Below are positions 26,819 to 40,916 of a stretch of DNA of 64,000 nt, one piece after another. Both the position numbers and the translations under genes were made by a program. Source of the DNA: Azolla caroliniana. Lineage: Eukaryota; Plantae; Polypodiophyta. Numbering within the stretch: the first letter of the stretch is position 1; every line of letters begins with the position of its first letter. Below the pieces are notes generated by a model. That model saw nothing but the letters and a program-made list of their open reading frames with translations, was not told the origin of the DNA and ran no database searches. The stretch spans positions 3,596,001 through 3,660,000 of the forward strand of contig JBHGNT010000007.1 of assembly GCA_043228905.1 (NCBI GenBank). The letters run 5' to 3'.

Positions 26819-29262
26819 TGGTATCATAGCCGAATCTTTGTTGTTCGGCGGCAACAGACAACAGAAGAAGCTGAAAGAAAAGACCAGGTTAGAAATCTCA
26901 AGTTCACAAAGAGAATATGGCTTCAACATCCGGAACAAGAGTTAAAATCAGAAAGTTCGATGACAAAAACTTTGCCTTGTAGAAGGAGATGATGCAGGAT
27001 GTGTTGATCATTTGAAGACAGGTCGAAGCCATTCGGCACAACGAAAAACCTGCTTCAATGACAGCCGAGGAATGGAGATCAACGGACGAAATCGCATGCT
27101 CCACCATCCGAATGCATCTGGCCGAAAACGTCTATTTCAGCATGGCGAAAGAGACGACAACGTTCTCATTGTGGGAGAAGCTACAGGCTGTCTATGAGAA
27201 GAAGTTCTCATCTTCGAAACTGATCTTGATCAAACAATTGTTCAACATGAAGATGAAAGAGACTGATCCGGCAACCTCCCACATCAACACCTTCAGCCGG
27301 GTGTTGTCAGAGCTCTCGTCACAAGGGATCAACTTCAAAGAAGAAGTGAAAGCCCTTGCCCTCCTATCGAGCTTGCGGGCGAGTTGGGAGGTATTCTGTA
27401 CAACTTACGCCAATAGCCGACCGATCCTAAATCTGGATGAAACAACCGGCCAAGTCCTCACAAAGGACATCAGGCGAAAATCAATGGGACTAACTATCGA
27501 TGAGTCGGCAGGAGCCCATCACTCGACCGAGTTGAACGAGAGAACAAGCCGACAAAACCGGTCATCACTACAGCCAATCGAAAACAAGGGGTGACCGACA
27601 ACGGTCAAAGTCAAGAACGGCCCGAACAAGTGAGTACTGCACACACTGCACGAAAGTTGACCACAATGTTTCCGACTGCTGGTCAATAAAAAGAAAAGAG
27701 AGTGGTCGACGATCCGAGCGGAATCGGGGACGTTCCGACTCGGACCACTCTCCAGCCGACAACTAGATCAATGTTCTTGACACCCAATCCGGAGAAATCC
27801 TCTCCCTAGAGGATTCAATGATTAGTAAAGTCCTCTACAATGCACAAGTTGCACACACATGGCTACTAGATTCTGGTGCCACATTTCACGTGACCCCCAA
27901 CGTTGAATGGTTCTCGAACTATTTAGCCGACGCCAGCGGCACAGTCCGATTGAGAAATGGGCAGGAGTGCAATATAGCCGAAACTGGGGAAGTTCCCATA
28001 AGATTTCCAAATGGCAACACAATAACTCTACATCGAGTTCGGCACGTACCCGATCTTAAGAGGAGTCTGGTCTCCATCGGCATGGTAGCCGAAGACAGGT
28101 ATCGAACGACTCTACATGAGTCGACATGGGTGATCAGCCGAGGAAACCTCAAAATTGGTAGTGGGCATAAGTATAATAATCTATACCCATTGATGGCGAT
28201 CAACCCTCAAGGGGCCGTGAATGTAGCCGAGAAAACCGATCCAAACTTATGGCATGGCCGACTTGGCCACATGTCTCAAGCCGGACTTGATCGACTAATG
28301 TCGGTCGGCTACATCCTGAAACTCTAGGCAAAGACGGACTTCTGTGAGCACTGTCGATATGGGAAACAGACCCGAAGTTCACACTCTCTCCACTACGAGA
28401 TAGTACGACAACCCCTAGAGCTCGTGCACATAGACATATGTGGGCCCATGCCAGAGCGATCACTAGGAGGCTCCCGATACTTCATCACATTCGTAGATGA
28501 CTGTACATGGAAAGTTTGGGTATACTCCATCAAGTCCAAAGATGAAGCACTCAAGGTTTTCACTTGATGGATATCTGAAGTGGAGAACCGGTCGGAACAT
28601 AGAGTGAAGACACTCCGATCCGACAACAGAGGTGAGTACACCTCTAGAGCCTTCAAATAGTACTTGTCCGAAAAAGGGATCCGGCATCAAAAGACCATTC
28701 CTTACACACCCATGCAGAATGGGGTGGCTGAACAGATCAACCGAACGATCCAGGAGAGGGTGACGGAAATGCTCCAGCACACCGAACTGAAGCTGGAATT
28801 TTGGGTCGAGGCATTGTAGATAGTAGTGTACCTGATAAATCTGGCGTCGTCCAGAGCAATCAGGCTCGAAGTGCCACAGGCACTATGGTCAGGCAAAAAA
28901 CCGACCTACAATAGGCTCTGTATATTCGGATGTGAAGCCTACGCGTTCATCCCCAGGGACAAAAGGACGAAGTTGGCATCCCATGCAACAAAGTGCATAT
29001 TTCTTGGCTATGGAACCGATGGGGACTTCAGCTACCGGCTATGGGACCCTGAGAACCGGAAATTGATCCGGAGGAGCGACGTAGTCTTCAATGAAGATTC
29101 TATCTTCTCTCAACGGAACCGACGGAAAATAGTTGGTAAGAAGGTATCCTTCAAAGATGACAGCACTGTCATAGAAGGACCGACCCAACAGGCCGAATCG
29201 GAGACTCGACAAACAATCAAACTCCAACAAACTGCCAACTTCCCTGCCGACACCGAATCGAC
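26819..29262 (+). mobile_element. Degenerate Ty1/copia element (Tnt1-like gag-PR-INT), 3' truncated
   Basis: PBS TGGTATCATAGCC at 26819, ATG at 26917; motifs LWEKLQAVYE, WLLDSGATFHV, LWHGRLGHMS, HIDICGP, KCIFLGYG; multiple stops. Confidence 0.88.
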
Positions 29263-29489
29263 AACTCTTCCTTCTTCAAGTTGCAATCGATGTTCCTCGT
29301 TGAAGAAAACCACACAGGTGCATCAACGAGGACGCAAACAGACAACAATATGTTCCTCGTTACCCGAGAACGATCCGGATTAGATACGCAGCAAGCGACC
29401 GATCTATCGAAGATCTCCCGATGAGCATCCTACTTCAGCCGGCTCCTTGGTTCGTGACCCTGGTGGTCCTGCCTCGTTTCGACATGCAC

Positions 29490-29874
29490 GCACGGATTTT
29501 CGTGATAGTGGAAAGTTGATGTGGCCAAACCGCTTATGCCACAGGTCGATGTTTGATTCGATCTTTTGCCCTTTGGCAAACATAGCAGTGCCAACGTCGT
29601 TGGTTTCGAGGATAAACATCCTCCCTTCTCAGTGCCCTTTCACGATGATTTTGACTTCTTCTTCGATGAAGCACCCCCTGATGAGTGAATCAAACTTGCA
29701 TGCCCTGGTCAACAATTTGTTCGATTGACACCAAGTTCTTGGTGATTGTCGGCACATGCAAGACATTTCTCATAATCCCTTCTTGGCCGACATGGCTTAG
29801 CGGGACGTCTTCGATATGTTCGATGGGATGAGGGATGTTGTCTCCAGTTTTGAGGTCCCCTGGCTGTTCTGGCT
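29490..29874 (-). mobile_element. Downstream piece of the host copia (PR to GAG-pre-integrase), split by copia B
   Basis: NVLHVPTITKNLVS and LWHKRFGHIN on the minus strand; continues from 63143-64000. Confidence 0.8.
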
Positions 29875-32325
29875 TGTTGAGAATCAAGCTCAACATAGCA
29901 CAACGTGTGAACACACCTTTTGAGAATCTATGATTACTCAAAGGTCAAGAGTCACACCATTACTATCTACACATTAACTATGTGTCATAGAATCATATTC
30001 TATGACACATAACTCATGAGTTACATATTCCCCATGACTATGAGTCTTCACATTCCCCAAGAGAGAGAGTGGTTGTTGTAAGTTAATGAAGAGAGAGGGT
30101 GACTCTATAAAGCACCCTCCTCATACTTCATACTAAGTCGGTTGTGACTCCATGTAATGCTACATTTTCATTTATCATATTCTCCTTGTTAATATACATC
30201 TCCTTCTTCTTGAGTACTTCATTTTGTCTCGTATCCATCTTGTGTTTCTCTCCTCTCCTCTTTCCTCTCACACATACACATAACACACATCTCTTCCGCT
30301 ACACAAGAATCACCATTGATTCTTTACATGGTATTAGAGTGATTTGGTAGCTCAATCCAGCCCACTCGCCTGATCGTGATCGTGTGGTGTGCTCTACGCC
30401 GACGTTCAAGAAGAACCGGCTCATCGCTATTGTAGTACCACTACATAGCTCTTGTTCGAGAGAGAAGTAAAAGAAGAAAGGAAGCTTAATCGACAATGAA
30501 TACTCAAATGGGGAGTGCTCTTCTAGCGAGAAGTTGGATCGCAACAACTTTGCATCTTGGGAGTACAAGATGCACCAATACCTTCTTGGTCAAGGCTATT
30601 GGAGCTACATCAAAGGAGCACAAGAAAATCGGCCCAACCCGGAAGACGCCGACTATGCAACGTGGGAGCAAGTGGCAAGCCGAGTGATGTATTGCTTGGC
30701 GACATGTGTTCACGACCACATGCTCGGGTACATTCGAGAAGCCAAGACGCCAAAGGAAGCGTGGGAGAATCTACAAAAGATTTTCGCCACCAACACTACC
30801 GCGAGAAAGCTTTAACTCTGCCAAGAGTTGAATAATATCCAACAAAGGGATATGTCCATCACGAGCTTCACCTTGAAGATCAAGGAGCTTTGTGATTCGC
30901 TCGGCTCGATAAGCGTAAACGTGGAGGATGACGAGATGGTGCAAATATGTCTCAGCGGCCTTGCAGCACGATTCGGTGCGATGCGGAGCGTTGTACTAGC
31001 ACAGGAGAATCTGCCCTCCTTCTTCGATCTTCAATCCATGTTGTTGGTCGAAGAAAACCATGTTCGAACAAGGAGTAATGGCTCCAAAAGGCCAAATGCT
31101 CTACATGCACTTGGACAGAGGAAGAGGACGCAACCGTGCAAGAAGAGGCCGATTTGGCCAAGGACGAGGCGGACGAGGCCCAACTTACGAAAACAACTCA
31201 CAATTTCGGCATCAAGACGGAAGCCATCGAGGAACCTTCGGAAGAAGGGGGAGCTTACATTCCGGTCCGAACCGACAAAGCTCGGTCGAATTCAGATATT
31301 GCGGAAAAATCAGTCACCACGAAGAAGAATGCCGTAAGAAGATATGCGAGTCGGCTTCCACTAGCCGACAACTCACCAACTACGCCATCAACTTCGACTA
31401 TGACAATCGCGGCGGAATGTTCGTGATGAGACATAGAGTGAATTCTACGTCGGCCTCTACTTCTACTAATGCCTCCAGTCCGGAAGATGTATGGTTCGTC
31501 GATTCCGGTGCCACGAACCATATGACGTCGCATCAAGAATGGTTTCGAGAACTTCGAGAGCCGGATTGACCCAACTATGTCGAAACCAGAGACGACACTA
31601 CGCACCCGATTCGGCACATCAGCAATGTTCCGTTCGGAGAAGAAGGTAAGTAAACTTATATTAAAAATGTCTTGCATGTACCAATTATCACGAAGAATTT
31701 GGTCTCCATCGGCCAAATTGTAGAGCAAGGAATGCAAGTATGATTTAATCAAGGTGGTTGCTTCATCGAAAAAGAGGGCCGACTCATCTCACGCGGACGA
31801 AGAAAGGGCGGAATGTTCATTCTCGACTCACACGAGATGAAATCGGGCCATGTTCGCAAAGGGCATGAAAGCCGATTCCGACATAGAGTTATGGCACAAG
31901 CGGATTGGCCATATCAACCTCCAAAAGCTCAAGGCAATGCAATCGAAAGGAGTTGTCATCGGGCTCCCGACATTCACGGAGAAAGAGATTGAAGGTGTGT
32001 GTGCCACTTGCGAATTCGGCAAGCAACATCGACACCCATTTCCGAAGGAGCGGAACGTGAGCAAAGGCGTACTCGACGTAATTCATTCCGATGTATGGGG
32101 TCCCGCTCAAACGGCGACATTCGGCGGATGCCGATACTACGTGACCTTCATCGATGACTTCTCTAGGCACACTTGGATCTACTCGATGCGACAAAAGAGC
32201 GAAGTGTTCAGACACTTCCAAAAATTTAAGAATAAAGTTGAGAAAGCCACGGGCCGACATGTACGATGTCTTCGGTCGGATGGAGGCAAGGAGTACTTCT
32301 CCGACGAATTTTCGGCATTTCTACG

Positions 32326-35300
32326 TGTAAAGAATCAAGAGATGGATTCCGTGCAGCGGAATAGATATGAACTGTGTGTGTATGTATGAGAGAGAGAGAG
32401 AGTGAGAGAGACAAGGAGTAAGACATAGAGAATACGCAAGGTAAAAGTATATTAACAAAGGAGAAAGACTCAACATTATACAAGGTGGGAGGAGGGTGCT
32501 TTATATAGTCACCCTCTCTCTTCATTAACTACAAGACTCATGGAGCATGGGGAATGTGAAAGCTCATAAGTTATGTGTCATAGAATATGATTCTATGACT
32601 CATACTAAATGCTAGAATACAAAGTGGTGACATAATGGTGACTCTTGACCGTTGGAGTGTCTATTCACTCTCAAGGTGAGTTCACACACTAGACCAAGTT
32701 GAGCTTGATTCTCAACATGCCCCCTCAAGCTCAAATCGGGTCGGTTTCAGACGGTATCCGATAATCCGCTTCGACTCGCGTTCTAGAGTCCGCTTCGACT
32801 CGCGTTCTAGAGTCCGCGTCGACTCACGTTCCGGAGTCCGCGTCGACTCGCATTTATGTGGAGTTGCAGAATATGTGCTCCAACTTGCGTTGTGCGTAGT
32901 TGCGAAGTCTGTGTTTCGGCTTGCGTCTTTCTTCGCGGATTTGCGCGGTAGATCGGCTCTTCGCGTCTTTGTTGCGCAGTTGCGGAATCCACGTGTTATT
33001 GCGTAGTGTCTTCAGTACTCCCCCTCAAGCTTGGCAGGTCAGGGATCGTCAATCCGAGATCGGTCATGACTCCTAAGGCTTTAGTGAAGATGTCGGCCAT
33101 TTGAAGATTTGTGCTAATGTGTTGTAGGTCGACATCGCCAGCTAGAACGCACTCTCGGATGAAGTGATAGTGCACTTCGATATGCTTTGTCCGAGCGTGG
33201 AACACCGGGTTCCGAGCCAGATAGATACTGCTCATGTTGTCGTAGTAAAGGGAAGTCAGATCCTTGATGGGTACGCCCAGATCCTTGAGTATCCTTTTGA
33301 GCCATATGGCTTCACATGCGGCCAATGCCGCGCCCCTATATTTCGCCGCTGTGCCCGAAAGAGCGACAGTTGGTTGCTTTTTGTTGCTCCAGGATATTGC
33401 TCTGGTATCGAGGGAAAAAACAAATCCAAAGGTTGATCTTCTGTCATCTTTGTAGTCAGCCCAATCGGCGTCTATGTACCCCCCGAGGCACATTGGCATC
33501 GCGGTCTTGTAGAGGATGCTGCAATCCATTGTGCCGCTCACGTATCGTAGAACTTGCTTAGCGCAAGCCAAGTGAGTATCACGCGGTGTTTGCATGAATT
33601 GACTAAGGAGACCGACCGGCTAATTGAGATCGGGTCGAGTGTTCGTGAGGTAGATGAGACTCCCGATGAGTTGCCCATACTGAGTTAGCTCACACGCTTT
33701 GGTGCCGGAGTTCGCATCTAGTTTGAGATTGCGGGTTAAGGATGTGTTGGTGTTTTTCTATTATGGAGACTAGGGGTGGATATTCTGTGGGTGGCATTCA
33801 ACTAGGGTTAGGTAGTTTGAAGGGGTTGAGAGGAAGTGAAGGTGTATTTCTAAAAAAATGTTTTAGCTTGAGGGATCTAGAGAGGTGGGTGAATTCTTTT
33901 AGGATATTGTTGGGTGAGGGAGGTGGGGATGGTAGGATATACTTAAGGCCTAGGTTTAGCAATTGTGTTTCATTTTTAGTGAGGTTATGTTTAGAGAGGT
34001 TATGGATTTTACTATGAATTACTTGTGTACTAGTAAGAGGTTTCCAGAAGTTGGTTCTAGGTTTTTTATTTCGGGATTTGGTGTGTGAAAGGAAGGGAAA
34101 TAGTTTCTGTTTTCCCCCAAACCACATATATGTGTCTTGGGTGGAGGGGGATCTATTAAGTAGGTAGAATAAACGTTTGCTAGGGTGTACGGCGTGTCTA
34201 AACCGTTTGTTAACGCGTTTAGCACGCCTAGCTAACCGTTTTTTGGTCTACTAGGTTGTGGGTCTCCTAGTGGTTTTGGGGGAGGACAAGGTTTTGATGT
34301 ATTTTTATAGTGTTTATAGCTTTTATGTGAGGGAGTGTTAGGAAGAAAGGGAGTTTTTGCCTCATTGGATAGAGCCACTTGTGCTTGGAGAAGTCGTCGA
34401 TGAAGAGCACGTAATATCGGCATCCGCCGAATGTAGCCGTCTGCACCGGTCCCCATACGTTGGAATGGAATACGTCGAGTAGACCTTTGCTCACATTCCG
34501 CACTTTTGGGAATGGGTGTCGGTGTTGCTTGCCAAATTGGCACACTTCGCATACACCTTCAATCTCCTTCTCTTTGAATGTCGGGAGTCCGATGACGACT
34601 CCTTTCGATTTCATTGCTTTGAGTTTGTTGAGATTGATGTGGCCGATTCTCTTGTGCCATAGCTTTATGTCGGAGCCGGCTTTTGTGCTTTTTGCGAACA
34701 TGATGGATTTCATCTCGTGTGAATCGAGAATGAACATCCGGCCCTCTCTTCTTCCGTGCGCGATGATTCGGCCCTCTTTTTTGATGAAGCACCCTTCTTG
34801 GTCGAAATGTACTTGCATCCCTTGCTCAACCATTTGGCTGACCGAGACCAAATTCTTCGTGATGGTGGAAACATGCAAGACATTTTTAATGTATGTTTGT
34901 TTACCTCTTTCGCCGAACGGAACATTGCCGATGTGCCGAATCAGGTGCGTAGTGTCATCTCCGGTTTCGACATAACCGGGTTGCTCCGGCTCTCGAAATT
35001 CGAGAAACCATTCTTTATGAGATGTCATATGGTTTGAGGCTTCGGAGTCAACAAACCATACATCCTCCGGATTGAGGGCAGAGGTAGAGGCCGACATAGA
35101 GTTTGCTCTATGTTTCATCATGAACATTCCGCCACGGTCGAAGTTGTGTGCATACATTCCACCATGATCTTCATAGTTGGAGTTGTGCTCGTGCATTCCG
35201 CTATACTCTTCGTAGTCAGAATTATGCGCGTAATTCGTGAGTTGTCGGCTTGTGGAAGCCGATTCGCGCATCTTCTTTGGGCACTCTTCTTCGTGGTGGC

Positions 35301-35572
35301 CGAGCTTTCCACAATATCCGCATTCGATTGAGTTTTGACGACTCGGGCCGGAGTGGAAGCTCCCCCTTCTTGCGAAGGTTCCTCGTTGGCTTCTGTTTTG
35401 CGGCCATAATTGGGAGTTGTTGTCGTAGGTCAGACCTCGTCCGCCTTGTCCTTGGCCGAATCGGCCTCTCGCTCGTCTGTGTCCTCTTCCTCCATTTGAG
35501 TGCGTGTAGAGCATGTGGCTTTCCGACTTATTGCTCCTTGTACGCACATGGTTTTCTTCGACCAATAGCATT
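32326..35572 (-). mobile_element. Truncated copia (family of element A) inserted antisense in copia B: 3' LTR 32326-32717, RNase H/RT end 32996-33733, gag-INT 34355-35572
   Basis: LTR is the reverse complement of 19520-19914, with a PPT adjacent; RNase H motifs DADWA, HARTKHIEV, ADIFTKAL; 5' end and matching TSD missing. Confidence 0.88.
33734..34354 (-). mobile_element. Penelope-like element 5' ORF fragment
   Basis: IHNLSKHNLTKNETQLLNLGLKYILP...EFTHLSRSLKLKHFF...PS*MPP matches the NLS-x3-L-x3-E-x2-LL-x-LGL-x-F-x-P pattern that precedes Penelope-type RT; abrupt compositional switch versus the flanking copia. Confidence 0.6.
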
Positions 35573-35902
35573 GAAGGAATACGGTGAGAGTTTTCGTGTC
35601 GACATACACCACAACAAAACGGAGTGGTTGAACGCAAGAATCGACACATCCTCGAAGTGGCACGGGCTATGCTTAACGAAAAGCACATGCCGAAATCGTA
35701 TTGGGCGGAAGCAGCTAACACGACCGTCTATCTCATGAATCGGTGCATGAGAAGTTCTTCGGAAAGAATCTGGACGTATCACATGTTCGGATATTCGGCT
35801 CCAATGCGTACGTGCACATCCCCGACGAGAAGCGTCAAAAGGTCGACCCAAAGTCGGAGAAATGTATCCTCGTAGGATACTCACTCGAACAAAAGGGGTA
35901 CA

Positions 35903-38900
35903 TGTTACCCGGCTGGCAAGAAGGCTTAAGGGGGTCCAAACTAGAGTGTGAAAGGAATAGTTTATTCGGGTTCACTGTTGTAATTAGTATATTAATATAT
36001 GAGAACATGTGGACGGACAGACCGGAATCGGTATGCCGATCCGGATCCGGACCGATCCCGAATAGGTGCCGGTTGGCACCGTTTTGTATTTCGCACCGGA
36101 GACCTATATAAAGGCCCGGTTACAATGTAATCGAGAGCGGATAATTAATAGAACTTATTGCCTTAATCCTTCAGTATTGATTACCGTTATGTGCTTATTG
36201 TATATCTTACGCGTGTAATGATGTATTGCTAAGTAATCGATTAAGGTCTAATTAAGCGTTGTGTTGTAAGTCATCTTGCCGTAACACCCTTTGGTGAAGT
36301 GTCTTAAGTGGATACCCTGTGTTAGGCTGTTGTCTGGCCCTAGGATTAACACACCTTTTGGCGACCACTAAGGTGACCCCCCTTTGGAGACGGAGCCGAA
36401 GAATGATATGCGGATGTGCAAGCCATAGCGACTAAGTTCAAGAAATGGCGAAACGTAAAAATGACGGTGAAGATGTTGGAGGAAGTCTATGGAGGAATGC
36501 AGAAATGGAAACAACGTTTTGTGCAAGTCAATGTGTCAATGTGCGTGGTTCCGAAAGTGGCTAATGACAATGTGTGTGTTTCGAATGCGTGGTGCAAGAT
36601 GCACGGCTGGACAAACAGCGACGCAGAGGGAACCGGCGCCAACACGACCGGAAAGAGAAGCCCACCCGGAGACTACAGTGGAAGACGCAATGTGTGGAGC
36701 AGAGGCCAGCAAAATGTGCTGAGAATGCATAAGAGATGGTTCCAAATGAAGCAACACAGAGAGAGTCGGAATCGGAATCGGAATCGGACCCAAAGTTGGT
36801 TAACATAGAAGAGCCAACGTAGGCAGAGAAGGAGACGTTGTCATTGACGAGACATTGACGGCCAGAAAAACTGACAACGCCCAAAAGACATGGACGACTG
36901 ACTACACAATATCAAAACAAAACGAGGCAACCAGACAAGCTAGACTGCACAAGCACAGATAGAGACGAATGGACGGGTGAAAAGGAAGCATATAGACTCA
37001 AGCGACACAACCGAAAACGGGTAGGAAAGAACCGAACAAATGACCGAGAAGACGGACCAGACGCACATCCAAAAGACAACGGAGAGACATCCGGATGAGC
37101 AGCCGGAATGCACAAAAGTGGCCAATGTGGCCGCACAGCGGCAAAAGAGAAGCCGATGTGGCTGAATAGGAGCGGAAGAACGGTCGATAACAACCAGAAT
37201 GGCGACACAGGACAGAGATGGAGAAGCGGTCGGAGTGTCCAGACAGGCCCGAACAGAGACGGATGAGCAACGACTATAGACACGTTGAAATGGGCCAAAT
37301 ATGACTACCGGATCGGAAAACGAAGAGCGGCCAAACTGGCCGGATAACAGTTGGAGCGCACAGAATGGTCGGGAGCGGCCGGACAGGAGCCGAAGAGCAT
37401 GAATGGGCGGACAACAATGGCCACAACGGCAGTCTAACGTCATCCGTATGAAGACCGAATAGAGCAGCCAAGCAATGAACCTCGGCCAACAAGGCCGTTG
37501 ACGATGATAGAGAAGTCAGCCAACGACAATAGATGGAGACGGCAACGGCAATGGAGCCAGAGACGGAAATAGAGACATGTTGGACAAAGACGGTGACAAA
37601 GACGACGACAGGGAGCGGCCAGACAACGACTAGAGCGGCCGAATCGGCGGTCCGATTGTAAGAAGGCTGTCGGATGAAGTGGCGGTGATTGGATGTGCTG
37701 AACAATGGACAGACGTAGAACAAGCAATGGACACACAACGAAGAAATAGTGGTGGTCGCAGAAGAAGAAGAGAGAAGAGAAATGCGAAGAAGAAGGAGAA
37801 GAAGAAGGAGAAGAAGAAGAAGAAAAAGAAGAAGGAGAAGGAGAAGGGATCGTGAACGAGAAGGACGCAGAAGAGAGAGAAACAAGAACTGTCTCTGACA
37901 GAGACAAGACGAGATCCACATATAGGAAGAGAAAGAAGAGAGACAGGAAAAAGATGGGCACATAGAAAAGAGTAGGAGAGGCAAAAAAGAAAAAAAAAGG
38001 AATGAAGAAAGAAAGAAAAGAGAGGGGGAAAAAGGAGATAAGGGTATCGAATATAATTATAAAAACCTTGAGGGTACATAATTTTATAAAAACATAAGGG
38101 TACATATACAGTTTTCAAAACCTAAGGGCATTGTCATTCGTTTAGAAAATTTTAGGCTAAAAATACCTAAATTTAAAAACTTATCCACCTAAAGAAATGG
38201 ACGTGATCGACCACGACAACCCACACAAAAATTAAAGGAAGAACACACATACATACAACATATTTTTGACGACCCGAATGATTTTACAAAGTTCGTAAGT
38301 CGATAGAACGAGAATGTTTGTGTCGCGGAAGATTTGCTGACCGACAAAGATGTTCGAACCAAGCACTCCGATCGAGGGAGTCGATCAATGAAAGGACCGA
38401 GGGAAGTTCCGGTCGAAGAAATATCATCATCAAGGCATGTGGGATCGACACGCAAGGCACTTTCCCACGGGCGTGCCATATTGTGTTACCCCGTACGAGA
38501 TGTACGGAGAGTCAAGTGTGATGAGCGAGGGTCGAACGTTATCATGATGTTGTGTATGTGTAGGGGGTATAAATGTAGTTGTGAGTCTATACGTATGTGA
38601 GCACATGCACACATGTGTGCATGTGGATGGATACGAGGAGGTGTGAGTGAGTGTCTAGAATGAATGCTCAATGGGGCTTACACCCCTATGTATCTACCCC
38701 CTCTTGTACTATTTAACCCCTTATGGGGAATGAATGAAACATGAATGATCATTTTCTCTCTCAATCTCTCTCTCCCTCTCTCTCTCCCCTTTAACGTTGA
38801 ACCCCTTGGGAGGGGGGTGGAGCCATTCCAGGCACCACCCCCCACCCCGCAATGCTTCTCTATATGATCTCTCTGACCATCATATTCTCCATCACCATGT

Positions 38901-38978
38901 CTATCTTCATTACCAATTATCATAGTTATCATTCATCATCATCGTCGTCCTTAACCCTAACCCTAAAAACATACAACA
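35903..38978 (+). mobile_element. Composite insertion in copia B integrase: LTR-like 35903-~36351, PBS-like TGGCGACCACT, degenerate internal and purine-rich sequence
   Basis: Starts TGTTA, ends ...AACA; flanks GTACA/ATACA; host frame QKGY|KC resumes at 38984; no second LTR copy visible. Confidence 0.6.
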
Positions 38979-40844
38979 ATACAAGTGCTAAACCCCTCAA
39001 TTCGAAAATCTCGAGTAAGTCGAGACGTCTTTTTCGACGAGTCCGTATCCTAATATGCACCAGAGACAACTTCGACTTCGATTTTGCTCGACTTGGATTC
39101 CGCCGAAATAGAGATAGAAGTAGAAGATCGACTTACGTGCATGTTCGAAGAAAGTCCGATCACGACCCGATTAAGCGAACCACAGGAGCCCCCGAGCGAT
39201 CAAAGCACATCTCGGCCGAGTCCGAAGATGGACAAAGGGAAGGCGAAAATGCCGGAGTATGAAGACGATCACTTCGACGACAATGAATCGACTCACTCCC
39301 TCGATAGTGAGTTCGAAGGCCTTGAGATCCGGACAAATGGAGTGGAGAAAGCCGTTGTATCCGCAAATGAGAAGCTCCGCCAATCCACCCATACCATTAC
39401 GAATTTATGATGAAGGTAGCAACAGTATGGGAGCCGGAAACCTTTTCTGAAGCCGCGATGGATCGAAGCAATGAACGAGGAGATGCGTGCACTACGCAAG
39501 AACGAGACATGGGATCTCGTTCCCCACTCACCGCACAAGAAGGCAATTGGCTGCATATGGATCTACAAGGTGAAGTACAATGCTAACGGCTCTGTAAACC
39601 GTTACAAATCTCGACCCGTAGTGAAAGGATACGCACAAACACATGGAGTCGACTATGAAGAGACCTTTGCCCTGGTGGCAAAGATGACAATGGTGCGGAC
39701 CGTGATCGCACTTGAAATGGCAAAAGGGTGGCACCTCCACCAAATGGACGTCAAGAACGCCTTTCTTCAAGGCGAATTAGGCGAGGAGGTGTACATGGTA
39801 CAACCACCCGGCTTCGAATCGCATATTCATCCAAAAGCCGTATACCAACTCAAGAAGCCTCTCTACGGCCTCAAGCAAGCACCGCGTGCTTGGCATTCGA
39901 AGATTACACAATATCTTCATCAAATCGGCTTTCGAATGTCGAAATCCGACAACTCCCTCTACGTACGCCACGAATCTAGAAGCCTAATTGTCATCATCCT
40001 CTACGTGGATGATCTGGTTATTGGAGGTGAGCATTTAGTCAACATCAACAAGGTGAAGTCTCTCCTCTCAAACAAATTCGAGATGATGGACATGAAGGAG
40101 CTTCATTACTTCCTAGGCATTGAGGTAATTCGGACTCCAACCGGCATTATGATCTCCCAACGACACTACATCCTCAACTTGTTATACAAGTTTAGGATGA
40201 CTCAGTGTAAATCTATGGCAACCCCTCTCGATCGAAGCCTTAAATTGGATGCCGACTCTGACACATAAGAGTGTGAGCCGACCCAATATCGTCAACTGAT
40301 CGGGAGCCTCATCTATCTCACGATCACTCGACCCGATCTTAGCTATCCAGTCGGACTCCTTAGCCAATTCATGCAAACTCCGCGAGATATCCATTTTGAT
40401 TGCGCCGTCGTGAAGATCCGTCACTACGCGCGGATCGTGAGGCGGAACCGCCGGGGTTCTGGACCGGAAGGATTCAAAGTCGGTACAAGCTTTGGCGCAA
40501 GCTTTAGCGAGAAAGTACTTAAGATAAATTGGGAAAGAGAGAAGTTGAGATTACACGATTGAGAGAGATTGATTGAACTTTTAACTTTAGATTTAAGAAA
40601 CAAGTTACACGATCAATTTGATATCGAATTTCTTCTTCTATAGATGCTCCTCCCCCTTCCTTCTTTTATAGATGCTCTCATGCATATGATGCATGTGAGG
40701 GTACAAGACATGCATAAATTGCATGTTTGCCATTTGGCGCTTATGTATTACATGTGGTGCATGATAACCATGTCACTCATTTTAACTCTCATGTGTAAGA
40801 ATTTACATGTAAAAGTATAATGATAGAAATATAATTTCAACTAA

Positions 40845-40915
40845 ATAGTATGGCTTAATGGTAAGCCAATTGATTCTTAACTTGGAGGTGCAAGGTTCGA
40901 ATCCTTCATTGCTAT
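40845..40915 (+). other. tRNA-like (Lys-CTT-like) Pol III A/B-box module inside the gypsy LTR
   Basis: TGGCTTAATGGTAAG (box A), TTCTTAA anticodon-like loop, GGTTCGAATCC (box B); second copy in the other LTR at ~61320-61385; arms pair poorly, so not a functional tRNA. Confidence 0.6.
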
Positions 40916-40916
40916 G

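Noticed and set aside
29678-29700. CTGATGAG as a second hammerhead core
   Set aside because: No helix II or GAAA follows; it lies in copia coding sequence
37274-38118. Long Leu/Ser/Phe-rich minus-strand ORFs
   Set aside because: Low-complexity translation of a GAA-rich tract within a degenerate insertion
38951-38966. TAACCCTAACCCTAA as an interstitial telomere
   Set aside because: Only about two units; too short to support
40845-40915. Functional tRNA-Lys gene
   Set aside because: D, anticodon and T arms pair poorly and the sequence is part of an LTR; kept only as a tRNA-like module
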